From Veleropilina oligotropha (Eukaryota), in assembly GCA_048128005.1 (NCBI GenBank), contig JBEUKZ010000119.1, positions 124,001 to 188,000 on the forward strand: DNA of 64,000 nt. Reading direction: 5' to 3'. Every line of letters begins with the position of its first letter. Position 1 is the stretch's first letter. Of this stretch, positions 1 through 13,721 are shown piece after piece. Below the pieces are notes generated by a model. It searched no databases and was not told where the DNA came from. It saw only the letters and a list, made by a program, of their open reading frames with translations. The position numbers were made by a program, and so were the translations under genes.

Positions 1-3000
1 GCCGCTCCAGCAGCCATGTGGTCTTCAGTGTCATGATACAGGCCGCTCATGTAGCCGTGTGGTCTTCAGTGTCATGATACAGGCCGCTCCAGTAGCCGTG
101 TGGTCATCAATGTCATACAGGCTGCTCATGTAGCCGTGTGGTCTTCAGTGTCATACAGGCCGCTCATGTAGCCATGTGGTCTGCAGTGTCATACAGGCCG
201 CTCATGTAGCCATGTGGTCTTCAGTGTCATGATACAGGCCGCTCATGTAGCCGTGTGGTCTTCAGTGTCACGATACAGGCCGCTCATGTAGCCATGTGGT
301 CTTCAGTGTCATGATACAGGCCGCTCATGTAGCCATGTGGTCTTCAGTGTCATGATACAGGCCGCTCATGTAACCGTGTGGTCTTCAGTGTCATGATACA
401 GGCCGCTCATGTAGCCATGTGGTCTTCAGTGTCATACAGGCCGCTCATGTAGCCATGTGGTCTTCAGTGTCACGATACAGGCCGCTCATGTAGCCGTGTG
501 GTCTTCAGTGTCATACAGGCCGCTGATGTAGCCATGTGGTCTTCAGTGTCATGATACAGGCCGCTCATGTAGCCGTGTGGTCTTCAGTGTCACGATACAG
601 GCCGCTCATGTAGCCATGTGGTCTTCAGTGTCATGATACAGGCCGCTCATGTAGCCGTGTGGTCTTCAGTGTCATGATACAGGCCGCTCATGTAGCCGTG
701 TGGTCTTCAGTGTCATGATACAGGCCGCTCATGTAGCCATGTGGTCTTCAATGTCATGATACAGGCCGCTCATGTAGCCGTGTGGTCTTCAGTGTCATGA
801 TACAGGCCGCTCATGTAGCCGTGTGGTCTTCAGTGCCATGATACAGGCCGCTCATGTAGCCGTGTGGTCTTCAATGTCATGATACAGGCCGCTCATGTAG
901 CCGTGTGGTCTTCAGTGTCATGATACAGGCCGCTCATGTAGCCGTGTGGTCTTCAGTGTCATGATACAGGCCGCTCATGTAGCTGTGTGGTCTTCAGTGT
1001 CACGATACAGGCCGCTCATGTAGCCGTGTGGTCTTCAGTGTCATGATACAGGCCGCTCATGTAGCCGTGTGGTCTTCAGTGTCATGATACAGGCCGCTCA
1101 TGTAGCCATGTGGTCTTTAGTGTCATGATACAGGCCGCTCATGTAGCCATGTGGTCTTTAGTGTCATGATACAGGCCGCTCATGTAGCCGTGTGGTCTTC
1201 AGTGTCATGATACAGGCCGCTCATGTAGCCGTGTGGTCTTCAGTGTCATGATACAGGCCGCTCATGTAGCCGTGTGGTCTTCAGTGTCATGATACAGGCC
1301 GCTCATGTAGCCGTGTGGTCTTTAGTGTCATGATACAGGCCACTCATGTAGCTGTGTGGTCTTTAGTGTCATGATACAGGCCGCTCCAGTAGCCGTGTGG
1401 TCTTTAGTGTCATGATACAGGCCGCTCATGAAGCCGTGTGGTCTTTAGTGTCATGATACAGGCCGCTCATGTAGCCGTGTGGTCTTTAGTGTCATGATAC
1501 AGGCCGCTCCAGTAGCCGTGTGGTCTTTAGTGTCATGATACAGGCCGCTCATGTAGCCGTGTGGTCTTTAGTGTCATGATACAGGCCGCTCCAGTAGCCG
1601 TGTGATCTTCAGTGTCATGATACAGGCCGCTCCAGTAGCCGTGTGGTCTTCAATGTCATGATACAGGCCGCTCATGTAGCCATGTGGTCTTCAGTGTCAT
1701 GATACAGGCCGCTCATGTAGCCGTGTGGTCTTTAGTGTCATGATACAGGCCGCTCCGGTAGCCGTGTGGTCTTCAGTGTCATGATACAGGCCGCTCATGT
1801 AGCCATGTGGTCTTCAGTGTCGTACAGGCCGCTCATGTAGCCATGTGGTCTTTAGTGTCATGATACAGGCCGCTCATGTAGCCGTGTGGTCTTCAGTGTC
1901 ACGATACAGGCCGCTCATGTAGCCATGTGGTCTTCAGTGTCACGATACAGGCCGCTCATGTAGCCGTGTGGTCTTCAGTGTCATGATACAGGCCGCTCAT
2001 GTAGCCATGTGGTCTTCAGTGTCATGATACAGGCCGCTCATGTAGCCGTGTGGTCTTCAGTGTCATGATACAGGCCGCTCATGTAGCCGTGTGGTCTTCA
2101 GTGTCATGATTCAGGCCGCTCATGTAGCCGTGTGGTCTTCAGTGTCATGATACAGGCCGCTCATGTAGCCGTGCGGTCTTCAGTGTCATGATACAGGCCG
2201 CTCATGTAGCCGTGTGGTCTTCAGTGTCATGATACAGGCCGCTCATGTAGCCGTGTGGTCTTCAGTGTCATGATACAGGCCGCTCATGTAGCCGTGTGGT
2301 CTTCAGTGTCATGATACAGGCCGCTCATGTAGCCGTGTGGTCTTCAGTGTCATGATACAGGCCGCTCATGTAGCCGTGTGGTCTTCAGTGTCATGATACA
2401 GGCCGCTCATGTAGCCATGTGGTCTTCAGTGTCATGATACAGGCCGCTCATGTAGCCGTGTGGTCTTCAGTGTCATGATTCAGGCCGCTCATGTAGCCGT
2501 GTGGTCTTTAGTGTCATGATACAGGCCGCTCATGTAGACGTGTGGTCTTTAGTGTCATACAGGCCGCTCATGTAGCCCTGCGGTCTTCAGTGTCATGATA
2601 CAGGCCGCTCATGTAGCCGTGCGGTCTTCAGTGTCATGATACAGGCCGCTCATGTAGCCGTGTGGTCTTTAGTGTCATACAGGCCGCTCATGTAGCCATG
2701 TGGTCTTCAGTGTCATGATACAGGCCGCTCATGTAGCCGTGCGGTCTTCAGTGTCATGATACAGGCCGCTCATGTAGCCGTGTGGTCTTCAGTGTCACGA
2801 TACAGGCCGCTCATGTAGCCGTGTGGTCTTCAGTGTCATGATACAGGCCGCTCATGTAGCCGTGTGGTCTTCAGTGTCATACAGGCCGCTCATGTAGCCG
2901 TGTGGTCTTCAGTGTCATGATACAGTCCGCTCCAGTAGCCATGTGGTCTTCAGTGTCATGATACAGGCCGCTCATGTAGCCGTGTGGTCTTCAGTGTCAC

Positions 3001-6000
3001 GATACAGGCCGCTCATGTAGCCGTGTGGTCTTTAGTGTCATACACGCCGCTCCGGTCGCCATGTGGTCTTCAGTGTCATGATACAGGCCGCTCCAGTAGC
3101 CGTGTGGTCTTCAGTGTCATGATACAGGCCGCTCATGTAGCCGTGTGGTCTTCAGTGTCATGATACAGGCCGCTCATGTAGCCATGTGGTCTTCAATGTC
3201 ATGATACAGGCCGCTCATGTAGCCGTGTGGTCTTCAGTGTCATGATACAGGCCGCTCATGTAGCCGTGTGGTCTTCAGTGTCATGATACAGGCCGCTCCA
3301 GTAGCCATGTGGTCTTTAGTGTCATGATACAGGCCGCTCATGTAGCCGTGTGGTCTTCAGTGTCATGATACAGGCCGCTCATGCAGCCATGTGGTCTTCA
3401 GTGTCATGATACAGGCCGCTCATGTAGCCGTGTGGTCTTCAGTGTCATGATACAGGCCGCTCATGTAGCCGTGTGGTCTTTAGTGTCATGATACAGGCCG
3501 CTCCAGTAGCCGTGTGGTCTTTAGTGTCATGATACAGGCCGCTCCAGTAGCCGTGTGGTCTTTAGTGTCATGATACAGGCCGCTCCAGTTGCCGTGTGGT
3601 CTTCAGTGTCATGATACAGGCCGCTCATGTAGCCGTGTGCTCTTCAGTGTCATGATACAGGCCGCTCCAGTAGACGTGTGGTCTTCAGTGTCATGATACA
3701 GGCCGCTCATGTAGCCGTGTGGTCTTTAGTGTCATGATACAGGCCGCTCCAGTAGCCGTGTGGTCTTCAGTGTCATGATACAGGCCGCTCATGTAGCCGT
3801 GTGGTCTTCAGTGTCATGATACAAGCCGCTCCAGTAGCCGTGTGGTCTTCAGTGTCATGATACAGGCCGCTCATGTAGCCGTGTGGTCTTCAGTGTCATG
3901 ATACAGGCCGCTCATGTAGCCGTGTGGTCTTCAGTGTCACGATACAGGCCGCTCATGTAGCTGTGTGGTCTTCAGTGTCACGATACAGGCCGCTCATGTA
4001 GCCGTGTGGTCTTCAGTGTCATGATACAGGCCGCTCATGTAGCCGTGTGGTCTTCAGTGTCATGATACAGGCCGCTCATGTAGCCGTGTGTTCTTCAGTG
4101 TCACGATACAGGCCGCTCATGTAGCCGTGTGGTCTTCAGTGTCATACAGGCCGCTCATGTAGCCGTGTGGTCTTCAGTGTCATGATACAGGCCGCTCATG
4201 TAGCCGTGTGGTCTTCAGTGTCATGATACAGGCCGCTCATGTAGCCGTGTGGTCTTCAGTGGCATGATACAGGCCGCTCATGTAGCCGTGTGGTCTTCAG
4301 TGTCGTGATACTGGCCGCTCATGTAGCCGTGTGGTCTTCAGTGTCATGATACAGGCCGCTCATGTAGCCGTGTGGTCTTCAGTGTCATGATACAGGCCGC
4401 TCATGTAGCCGTGTGGTCTTCAGTGGCATGATACAGGCCGCTCATGTAGCCGTGTGGTCTTCAGTGTCGTGATACTGGCCGCTCATGTAGCCGTGTGGTC
4501 TTCAGTGTCATGATACAGGCCGCTCATGTAGCCGTGTGGTCTTCAGTGTCATGATACAGGCCGCTCATGTAGCCGTGTGGTCTTCAGTGGCATGATACAG
4601 GCCGCTCATGTAGCCGTGTGGTCTTCAGTGTCATACAGGCCGCTCCAGTAGCCGTGTGGTCTTCAGTGTCATGATACAGGCCGCTCCAGTACCGTGTGGT
4701 CTTCAGTGTCATGATACAGGCCGCTCCAGTAGCTGTGTGGTCTTCAGTGTCATGATACAGGCCGCTCCAGTAGCCGTGTGGTCTTCAGTGTCATGATACA
4801 GGCCGCTCATGTAGCCGTGTGGTCTTCAGTGGCATGATACAGGCCGCTCCAGTAGCCGTGTGGTCTTCAGTGTCATGATACAGGCCGCTCATGTAGCCGT
4901 GTGGTCTTCAGTGTCATGATACAGGCCGCTCATGTAGCCGTGTGGTCTTCAGTGTCATGATACAGGCCGCTCATGTAGCCGTGTGGTCTTCAGTGGCATG
5001 ATACAGGCCGCTCCAGTAGCCGTGTGGTCTTCAGTGTCATGATACAGGCCGCTCATGTAGCCGTGTGGTCTTCAGTGGCATGATACAGGCCGGTCCAGTA
5101 GCCGTGTGGTCTTCAGTGTCATGATACAGGCCGCTCATGTAGCCGTGCGGTCTTCAGTGTCATGATACAGGCCGCTCATGTAGCCGTGTGGTCTTCAGTG
5201 TCATGATACAGGCCGCTCCAGTACCGTGTGGTCTTCAGTGTCATGATACAGGCCGCTCATGTAGCCGTGTGGTCTTCAGTGTCATGATACAGGCCGCTCA
5301 TGTAGCCGTGTGGTCTTCAGTGTCATGATACAGGCCGCTCATGTAGCCGTGTGGTCTTCAGTGTCATGATACAGGCCGCTCCAGTAGCCGTGTGGTCTTC
5401 AGTGTCATACAGGCCGCTCATGTAGCCATGTGGTCTTCAGTGTCATGATACAGGCCGCTCATGTAGCCGTGTGGTCTTCAGTGTCATGATACAGGCCGCT
5501 CATGTAGCCATGTGGTCTTCAGTGTCATGATACAGGCCGCTCATGTATCCGTGTGGTCTTCAGTGTCATGATACAGGCCGCTCATGTAGCCGTGTGGTCT
5601 TCAGTGTCATGATACAGGCCGCTCATGTAGCCGTGTGGTCTTCAGTGTCACGATACAGGCCGCTCATGTAGCCGTGTGGTCTTCAGTGTCATGATACAGG
5701 CCGCTCATGTAGCCGTGTGGTCTTCAGTGGCATGATACAGGCCGCTCATATAGCCATGTGGTCTTCAGTGTCATGATACAGGCCGCTCATGTAGCCGTGT
5801 GGTCTTCAGTGTCATGATACAGGCCGCTCATGTAGCCGTGTGGTCTTCAGTGTCACGATACAGGCCGCTCATGTAGCCGTGTGGTCTTCAGTGTCATGAT
5901 ACAGGCCGCTCATGTAGCCGTGTGGTCTTCAGTGTCATACAGGCCGCTCATGTAGCCGTGTGGTCTTCAGTGTCATGATTCAGGCCGCTCATGTAGCCGT

Positions 6001-6849
6001 GTGGTCTTCAGTGTCATGATACAGGCCGCTCATGTAGCCGTGTGGTCTTCAGTGTCATGATACAGGCCGCTCCAGTACCGTGTGGTCTTCAGTGTCATGA
6101 TACAGGCCGCTCCAGTAGCCGTGTGGTCTTCAGTGTCATGATACAGGCCGCTCATGTAGCCGTGTGGTCTTCAGTGGCATGATACAGGCCGCTCCAGTAG
6201 CCGTGTGGTCTTCAGTGTCATGATACAGGCCGCTCATGTAGCCGTGTGGTCTTCAGTGCCATGATACAGGCCGCTCATGTAGCCGTGTGGTCTTCAGTGT
6301 CATGATACAGGCCGCTCATGTAGCCATGTGGTCTTTAGTGTCATGATACAGGCCGCTCATGTAGCCGTGTGGTCTTCAGTGTCATGATACAGGCCGCTCA
6401 TGTAGCTGTGTGGTCTTCAGTGTCATGATACAGGCCGCTCATGTAGCCATGTGGTCTTCAGTGTCATGATACAGGCCGCTCATGTAGCCATGTGGTCTTT
6501 AGTGTCATGATACAGGCCGCTCATGTAGCCATGTGGTCTTCAGTGTCATGATACAGGCCGCTCATGTAGCCGTGTGGTCTTCAGTGTCATACAGGCCGCT
6601 CCAGTAGCCATGTGGTCGTCAGTGTCGTACAGGCCGCTCCGGTAGCAGTGTGGTCTTCAGTGTCATACACGCCACTCCGGTTGCCATGTGGTCTTCAGTA
6701 TCATACACGCCTCTCCGGTCGCCATGTGGTCTTCAGTGTCATACACGCCGCTCCAGTAGACGTGTTGTCTTCAGTGTCATACACGCCACTCCGGTCGCCA
6801 TGTGGTCTTCAGTGTCATGATATAGGCCGCTCATGTAGCCGTGTGGTCT
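1..6849. repeat. 41-bp satellite (consensus GCCGCTCATGTAGCCGTGTGGTCTTCAGTGTCATGATACAG), about 165 copies visible, continuing past the left window edge
   Basis: Continuous tandem array with 38-bp variants (3-nt deletion) and CAT/CCA, TTC/TTT variants; units degenerate after about 6600. Confidence 0.98.
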
Positions 6850-7005
6850 GATTTGAACAATGGCATTACTTGTTCAGTTACCAATCACGGTTGTCCGGAG
6901 AGGGCGAGCATCATGGGGTATCCTGGATTTCACATTGCGTTGTCATGTCTGTCCTGCTTTGAACCGAATTTTGTAATTATACAGGACATCGATTCAATCC
7001 AATCC
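6850..7005 (+). mobile_element. Body and 3' part of a tRNA-derived SINE, contiguous with the satellite
   Basis: TGGCATTAC..TGTTCAGTTA..GTTGTCCG..TGTCCTGCTTTGAACC..ATACAGGA..CGATTCAATCCAATC aligns with the reverse complement of about 36950-37110. Confidence 0.7.
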
Positions 7006-7010
7006 TTCAG

Positions 7011-7430
7011 TACCATATCAGGACTTGTCCATATTATCGTGGGAGGTAAACATGCCCGTACCATACCAGGACTTGTCCATATTATCGCGGGAGGTAAACA
7101 TGCCCGTACCATACCAGGACTTGTCCATATTATCGCGGGAGGTAAACATGCCCGTACCATACCAGGACTTGTCCATAATATCGCGGGAGGTAAACATGCC
7201 CGTACCATACCAGGACTTGTCCATATTATCGCGGGAGGTAAACATGCCAGTACCATACCAGGACTTGTCCATATTATCGCGGGAGGTAAACATGCCCGTA
7301 CCATACCAGGACTTGTCCATATTATCGCGGGAGGTAAACATGCCCGTACCATACCAGGACTTGTCCATATTATCGCGGGAGGTAAACATGCCCGTACCAT
7401 ACCAGGACTTGTCCATATTATCGCGGGAGG
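7011..7430. repeat. 48-bp minisatellite (about 9 copies) amplified from the body of a minus-strand SINE copy (7011-7520)
   Basis: Unit TACCATACCAGGACTTGTCCATATTATCGCGGGAGGTAAACATGCCCG; core CAGGAC.TGT.CATATT.TC.CGGGAGG recurs single-copy at about 37010 and 56142; the array runs into SINE sequence (GCCAGTTATGGACAACTGG). Confidence 0.9.
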
Positions 7431-8291
7431 AGAGCAATGGTAAACATGCCCGCCAGTTATGGACAACTGGAGCTAATGACTTGCCAACGCGACCAGCCAA
7501 AGATTCCCACCCACTTCTGTGAATCAGATCAGAAATCATTGTGCATTAATAAAACGTTTATAAAAAGCAAAGACTATGGTCAAAGCATTTGCAAAGGGTA
7601 ATGAATAACGTGGGGTCAATACCGCGTATGTCCGCCTGTTGCATCGACACAAATCATGCCCATGCAGTTTCTCTACATAATCCATCAGATGGTGTTTAAA
7701 ATGTCTTGCAGAATGCCATTCCGTAAATCAACACCAGAGTTAAACATGTCAACTTCACATGCTGATTAGTTGACGAGCGCATTTGAAGGTTCTAGAATCG
7801 AAATTACACGCAGTTATTGCTGTATGACAACAGTTTTACCTGTCCTGGCAACTTTAATGCTGACTGTGATAATCTGTTTCCAACACATTTTTAAAATATG
7901 TAATTTGGGTTAATGGGAAAACTAACAATGCAGCTGTTATAGAGGTAAGCTCAAGCGATTTGTCAAATTATGGTTGCGACTTAGTGACCTAGCTTGACAC
8001 ACAATCACTGGTGTACCAGTCATACTTAGATTATTTCTCCACTCTTAATCAAAATAAGAAATGGTGGTCCCTCATAAAAATACTTTGTCTAGTTTCGAGT
8101 TAATTGAAGTTTGGTACATGCCCCTCTTACCATTGCGATTCCGAAAGACAACTGATTAATTATTTTGAAGTCGATCGCTTGTAGGCCTAACTTTGATTAT
8201 GTAGGCCTAAACAAACATATAATATTATAGGGTAGAATAAATGGGATAATGAAATTTTTACTTGTATTCGGGATTTTATATACAAATGTTT

Positions 8292-8632
8292 GGTGCTCTT
8301 TCGGTACTTCCCCACAGATCCGGCTTTTATACATATTTAAGGAGCTCCAGCTTGTATTCCTCTTAAATTTTCACACTCCGCGTATTATCTGCCATGTTGC
8401 CCTGTATTATGGGCATTAGGGTTAGGTAAGCAGGGTTCGCTAATCGTTGAAAATATAGAATTGAATATTGATTTTATTCATAATATGAATGAAAACGTAC
8501 TGGTAGCATTCGATGTAAAGGCATTGACCGTAGCCTACGGTCCGTACTCCACGACATTTTATCGGAGATGAAAAACCAGATTTCAAAAGTTGAGTAAAAG
8601 CCGGAGCTGTGGGGAAGTACCGAAAAAGCGCC
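8292..8632. mobile_element. MITE with about 40-bp TIRs, GG..CC termini and 8-bp flanking direct repeat (Merlin-like geometry)
   Basis: GGTGCTCTTTCGGTACTTCCCCACAGATCCGGCTTTTA ... TAAAAGCCGGAGCTGTGGGGAAGTACCGAAAAAGCGCC flanked by AAATGTTT on both sides; second copy at 23784-24051. Confidence 0.8.
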
Positions 8633-9554
8633 AAATGTTTTACTATTAGAGAGCAATAGCTGTCTTAACCAAATTTATAATTTGAATTCTTATAAATATT
8701 TCCAAATTACGACGGTATCATGGCATTAATCGTTAAACCCTCCATACAGCTATTTGTGTACATTCTGACATTTGCGTTATTCTTGTCTTCCTCTGGCAAT
8801 ATATTTCGGTATATTGATCTTGTGCCAATAAAGTTTAGAAGCCAATTTCATTTCTCGGCCAATGAGAGAGCAGTATTTCTCGTCAATTATTGCTGAAGAC
8901 GGCACTTTGCAGGTCTATTGTTTGCGGTGCCTTACCCATTATTAAGAATAGGGGTGACAGGTTGTAATGTTAATATGGATCTTCTTGATATATTGGTAAA
9001 AAAGCTAATTATTTTGTAATAAATATGTGTTTCGATAACATAAATAGTTTAACAAATTAGATAATTATAAATAATTTGTGTGGAGAAATGAAATTAGCTT
9101 CTAAGTCGGTTAGACGGCAGCTTGTAGACTCTTATCAAAATGTAGTCTCGCCCTACGGGCTCGACTCCTATTTTGCTAAGACTCTCCAATCCGCCATCTA
9201 ACCTATACATAGTCTTTGTCATCCAATATGTTCTTGATCATTGAAAGATCGGGAGACACAGCATGCTGCAGCATGTCGGCATTCTGCTGAGTCATTCACC
9301 ATACGTAGAGAGAAGACAGAATGAGTAAATTATGAGTTATCGCCCCCATTTCGCTGGCGTTAGAATGACATTATTTAACGGCATCACCGTTTAGTGAAAT
9401 ATGGCTGCCAGAAATTTTGCGCCAGTTACCGATGTCGCAGTTTTAGGTAACATTTTAAACATCAAAACAGGATTTAATTATGCCATGCATTTAGTGATGA
9501 GTACGCATGCATAGTCGTATGTGTCCTCAAGTTTTTTTCATAACTGTATATGAT

Positions 9555-10183
9555 GGTTTGTTGAAGTTTCGCCCCAATCAAGTTCGCCCTACGCTAAAGA
9601 TATCCCAGGAGGTTTCGCCCCAACTCTAAAATCCGTAATTCAACAAGACAAAATATTGCATAAATATAACATATGACATTAAAACGCTTACTATGTATAC
9701 ACCTGGGCATATTTTTTCCTGTTTTGGTTTACTCATCGTGTATAAATGGTTGTGTTAAAAAAAAGTACGCTGATTATACGTCGCCATTTGCAAATAAAAT
9801 ATTTCCATGTACAGTTTCGTATTTTCACTGAGAGATATACATTCATTATGTCTGTTCTGTATTATTTATACGTTATTTGAAATGTGTCGTTATGTTTTGC
9901 AATAAAAATCAAACACCGACATATATATATATTTGCTATTGACAATGCCATGGTTATTCTGTGCGAGATCGTTTTGCTTAACCAAAACTCAAACTTGAAA
10001 GGAAGGCCTTGTAATTTAATAGAAATTTGTAATACTTTGGATAGAATTATTTTTTGGGAAAGTATTTAGCAATATATGTTATTTTTTATAGTAATTAAAA
10101 TAATAAACTGGGGCAAAACCTCCACGACTTTGGGGCGAAACGTCTTGGGGCGAACATGAACTGGGGCAAAACCTCCAGCTATC
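9555..10183. mobile_element. Mutator-like MITE with 9-bp TSD
   Basis: Repeated TTTCGCCCCAA motifs on the left and TGGGGCGAA/TGGGGCAAA motifs on the right; GTATATGAT duplicated at 9546-9554 and 10184-10192. Confidence 0.65.
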
Positions 10184-10394
10184 GTATATGATTATGAGGT
10201 GAATGATTGCAACCGAGCCATGTAAATCAGTAAATTATAACTCGTACCACATGCATTCGCCACCGGCAACCCTAATACAGGTTGCCACTGGTCAGGGAAT
10301 TTTAGAATTGGTCAGCGAAATTTGGAATTCTGTGAAAAGTCAGGGAAATTCAGGAATCGTCAATGAAATCGTAATTGAAAATGTAGGAAATTCT

Positions 10395-10752
10395 TTTTTT
10401 AGCCACAGATCATGTTACCCTTGGCGCACTGACCTGAAAAGCAATCCCAAGCGACCTCTCCTCATAAGCAGCCTGTGTACCAAATATGAACAAAATGGCT
10501 TACAGGGAACAGTAGTTATCGAACGAAAACCAAATCGGAGCCATAATTCTGTTTTTAGTCACAGGTCATATGACCTTTGGCGCACCGACCTGAAAAGCAA
10601 TCCCAAGCGACCTCTCCTCATAAGCAACCTGTGTACCAAATATGAACAAAATCGCTGAAAGGGACCGGTAGTTATCGTCCAGAAACAAAAGAGTGACAGA
10701 CGGATGGACGGCAAAAAACAATATGTCTCCCCACAGGGTAGGGGAGACATAA
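10395..10752 (+). mobile_element. HINE/DINE-like (Helentron-associated) element, 3' part
   Basis: Two roughly 155-bp core repeats (GACCTGAAAAGCAATCCCAAGCGACC..), a GACGGATGGACGG microsatellite and a terminal hairpin TATGTCTCCCC-ACAGGGTA-GGGGAGACATA. Confidence 0.55.
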
Positions 10753-11749
10753 TTCCAATAATAATGGGTTGCAGTAAGTATAATTAGAATAGTAATTATA
10801 AAAATACCAAAGAGACAGGCAATAGTCAATTTGTCATTCATTTTAAATAAGAAATTAGTAATATTTATAGTTAATTTTCCAATAAATGTCCCTCCTGTGG
10901 TCATCCAAAATACCCCCCCCCCCCCCACAAGTACCCGGAGTGCAAGACCACATTTGATAGGGTCTGTGGTCCTCCTGCCATGGAACACATCTAGGGTGGC
11001 CAGCTTCCTGGAAAATCTACAAGGACTGTTTTTAACGTGATTTATGATTTTACCCATCCATGAAATTGACAGGCTATCTTTAAATTAGTGCAGCAGATAA
11101 GACTGGGTCAATTTCCAAAAATATTAACCCTGCAGGCAAATCATGTTAATTTATGGCATACAAGGTTTTTAGATGTATGGAGGGCTACTGAACTCAAATC
11201 TGTTGTAAGCCCAGCTCAAAAATGGACCATAATGCCTCAAAATTGAGAAATCCAATATGGCCACCACCGCCTGGTTGAAATGTATAATTTATTTTCAAAA
11301 AGTTTTACTACACAAGGTAGAAACTTCCATGAAATGTGTTAATTTGGGAGTTTGGTGGTATTGAGCGGAGCTAAAATCAACTCTGCTGTATGCCCAGCTA
11401 AAAAATGAACCATAATGCCATAAAATTGAGAAATCCAAGATGGCCACCATGCACAGCCGGGTTGAAATGTATTTATTTTTATTATATAAATGGTGCTGTT
11501 ATTCGTTAAATAATGGAAAAAATATAATCGGTAATTCACTGATATATATTTTCACTCACGTGAATAAAAATATTTTCCATATTTCACTTTCGTGAGTGAA
11601 AATATCAAAAACGCGTCATAAAGTGACGTCATTAAAACGTTGTCCATGGTGACGTCGTCTATGGCGACGTTATGATGGCGAACTACATTTCAACATTACA
11701 ATGTCAACAGCGCACGTAAGGCTATACAATGGTAACATTAATTAATTGA

Positions 11750-11940
11750 TAACTAACCCATTTATATAATAAATGGAGCATTCAATGTTATGTCAGAAAT
11801 ATTAAATATATTTTGTCTCGTGAACTATATCCTAGCCGATTCACTCAAGACATCCGGCCTTTCGTGAATCCGCTAGGATATATTTCACTCGACAAAATAT
11901 ATTTAATATTTCTGACATACCATCAAATACCCTCTATATA
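11750..11940. repeat. Long palindromic dispersed repeat (partial copy at about 30392-30535)
   Basis: Arms TGTCAGAAATATTAAATATATTTTGTC..TATATCCTAGC / GCTAGGATATA..GACAAAATATATTTAATATTTCTGACA; near-identical segment at 30.4-30.5 kb. Confidence 0.7.
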
Positions 11941-12525
11941 TATGTTTTTACTAAACAAGGAAGAAAGTTGAATGAAATGTGTTATTTTAGGGTGTTAGTG
12001 GTATTGAGGGGTGCTGAAGCCAACTGTGCTGTATGTCCACCTAAATATTGGCCCATATTAATGCCTCAAAATTGAGAAATCCAAAATGGTCGCTTCCACC
12101 GGGGTGAAATGTATTTATGTACAGTAAATATATTTCGACTAAACAAGGTAGAAACCTGAATGAAATGTGCTGTTGTTGATTTTCATATGGAGAATCCAAA
12201 ATCATATTCAGTTTAAAATAAATGGCACATAAACTGCTCGAAATCCAAATAAAAGTCCAACATGGCTGCCAAAATTCAAAATGGCTGCCAAAATACATGA
12301 AAATGCATTTCACCATATTGCTTCGCAATAATGAACAATTTCTTTACACTAAAAATGAGATATTTAGCATCGTTCCAAACTAAACATTAGAAGCAATTTT
12401 GTTGTGACAGTTACGATCATAAAGCAAGTCTCAAATTTAGTCAGAGAAAGGTGAGAACATTAGGAACAAAGTAGGCGCACCCATTTTCATGTTATAGGGT
12501 ATATCCAACCAAGAGCATTGTAAAT

Positions 12526-12884
12526 TAGACCCTGCAGAATTATGCACTAATTTTCTTCAAATTATGCGAATTTGACACAGCATATTACGCACCCAGATTA
12601 ATGAAATTATGAAATAATATGCACTCAAATCAATGAAATTATGAAATAATATGCACCAAATTAATGAAATTATGCAATATACTGTAAATCGATGTTATTT
12701 ACGAAGTCAAACAATAGTGTTTCAATAATAAAATATGCTTGAACTTATCATTTATAGGATTCTGTCATGTTATTGCAAAAAATGATAAATTATGCGCAAA
12801 AAAGTTGAAATATTGCGATTAAGTGGTCCCTTCTAAATTCAGAAATTATGCAAATCGCATAGTCATGTAATTCCGCGGCGTCTA
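12526..12884. mobile_element. MITE with TAG..CTA termini and 6-bp direct repeat
   Basis: TAGACCCTGCAGAATTATG ... GTAATTCCGCGGCGTCTA; GTAAAT on both flanks; internal AATTATGC repeats. Confidence 0.55.
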
Positions 12885-13721
12885 GTAAATGCACTTCAGA
12901 AGTTTAATAACTGCCCTTTCTACCATATTATCTCTTACGTCTGATGCATGCAAAGGCGCACTCCTCCGTGCTGCCCGTTTGGAAAACGATAAACGCTATG
13001 ACAATCAGGCACACATCCCCTTTTCCTCATTTTGAAACTTTGCCTTACAGTTAGTTAAAGGATTTCTTATTAGAATCAAGATCAAGAGATCTCCAATGCA
13101 GTACTGTTCCTTTGCATGCATTGACCGTCGGACGCATTTCAGGAATACCGTTGTATAGCCGAATATGAAATATAATGTTGGAGACAGGCACACATAGTAT
13201 TTTACATATTGTAAACAGTGTAACTGTTAAGGTAATGAGCTAGATTGTTGTATATGGGGATAACACAGATGTATATATTTATTATTATTGACAATACAAC
13301 CAACAAGTTTGCCAATTGTTACTTGTGAACGCAATTAACGTTGTCACAGCGAACAAGATAAACGTACGTATCAGACGAGCAACCGCAGGGTAACATTTTT
13401 ATTTTTAAAAATATCTTACTTTATTTGCCTGTCAATGCTGAACAATGACTAAGCAATTAATAACGTCATGTTAAATTGCACCTTACGTATTATTCTAAGC
13501 GCAAAATAGCCTGGATATTTGAAAAGCAGAGGAATAGTTTTATCATATACATTCATTGTATATTATTCATGTATATGTATACATTCATTGCTTATGATTG
13601 AATCTCAAAGGAATATTTTGAAATTACATGATTGCCTCCGGCAGAATCGAAATGACGTCTAGCGGACGACGTGTAGTTTGATACGAAAGCGTCGAGTTTG
13701 ACATGAATATTTATCACACTC

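Noticed and set aside
1..6849. CRISPR-like array, or hammerhead-bearing satellite (minus strand has CTGAAGA)
   Set aside because: There are no unique spacers or cas genes and the context is eukaryotic; the monomer lacks GAAA and stem II, so no hammerhead can form.
6612..7539. Overlapping repeat-protein ORFs on both strands
   Set aside because: They follow from a 48-bp (multiple of 3) SINE-derived repeat that lacks stops in several frames.
8415..8440. Telomeric TTAGGG seed (also CCCTAA near 23888)
   Set aside because: Only one or two units, internal to the MITE.
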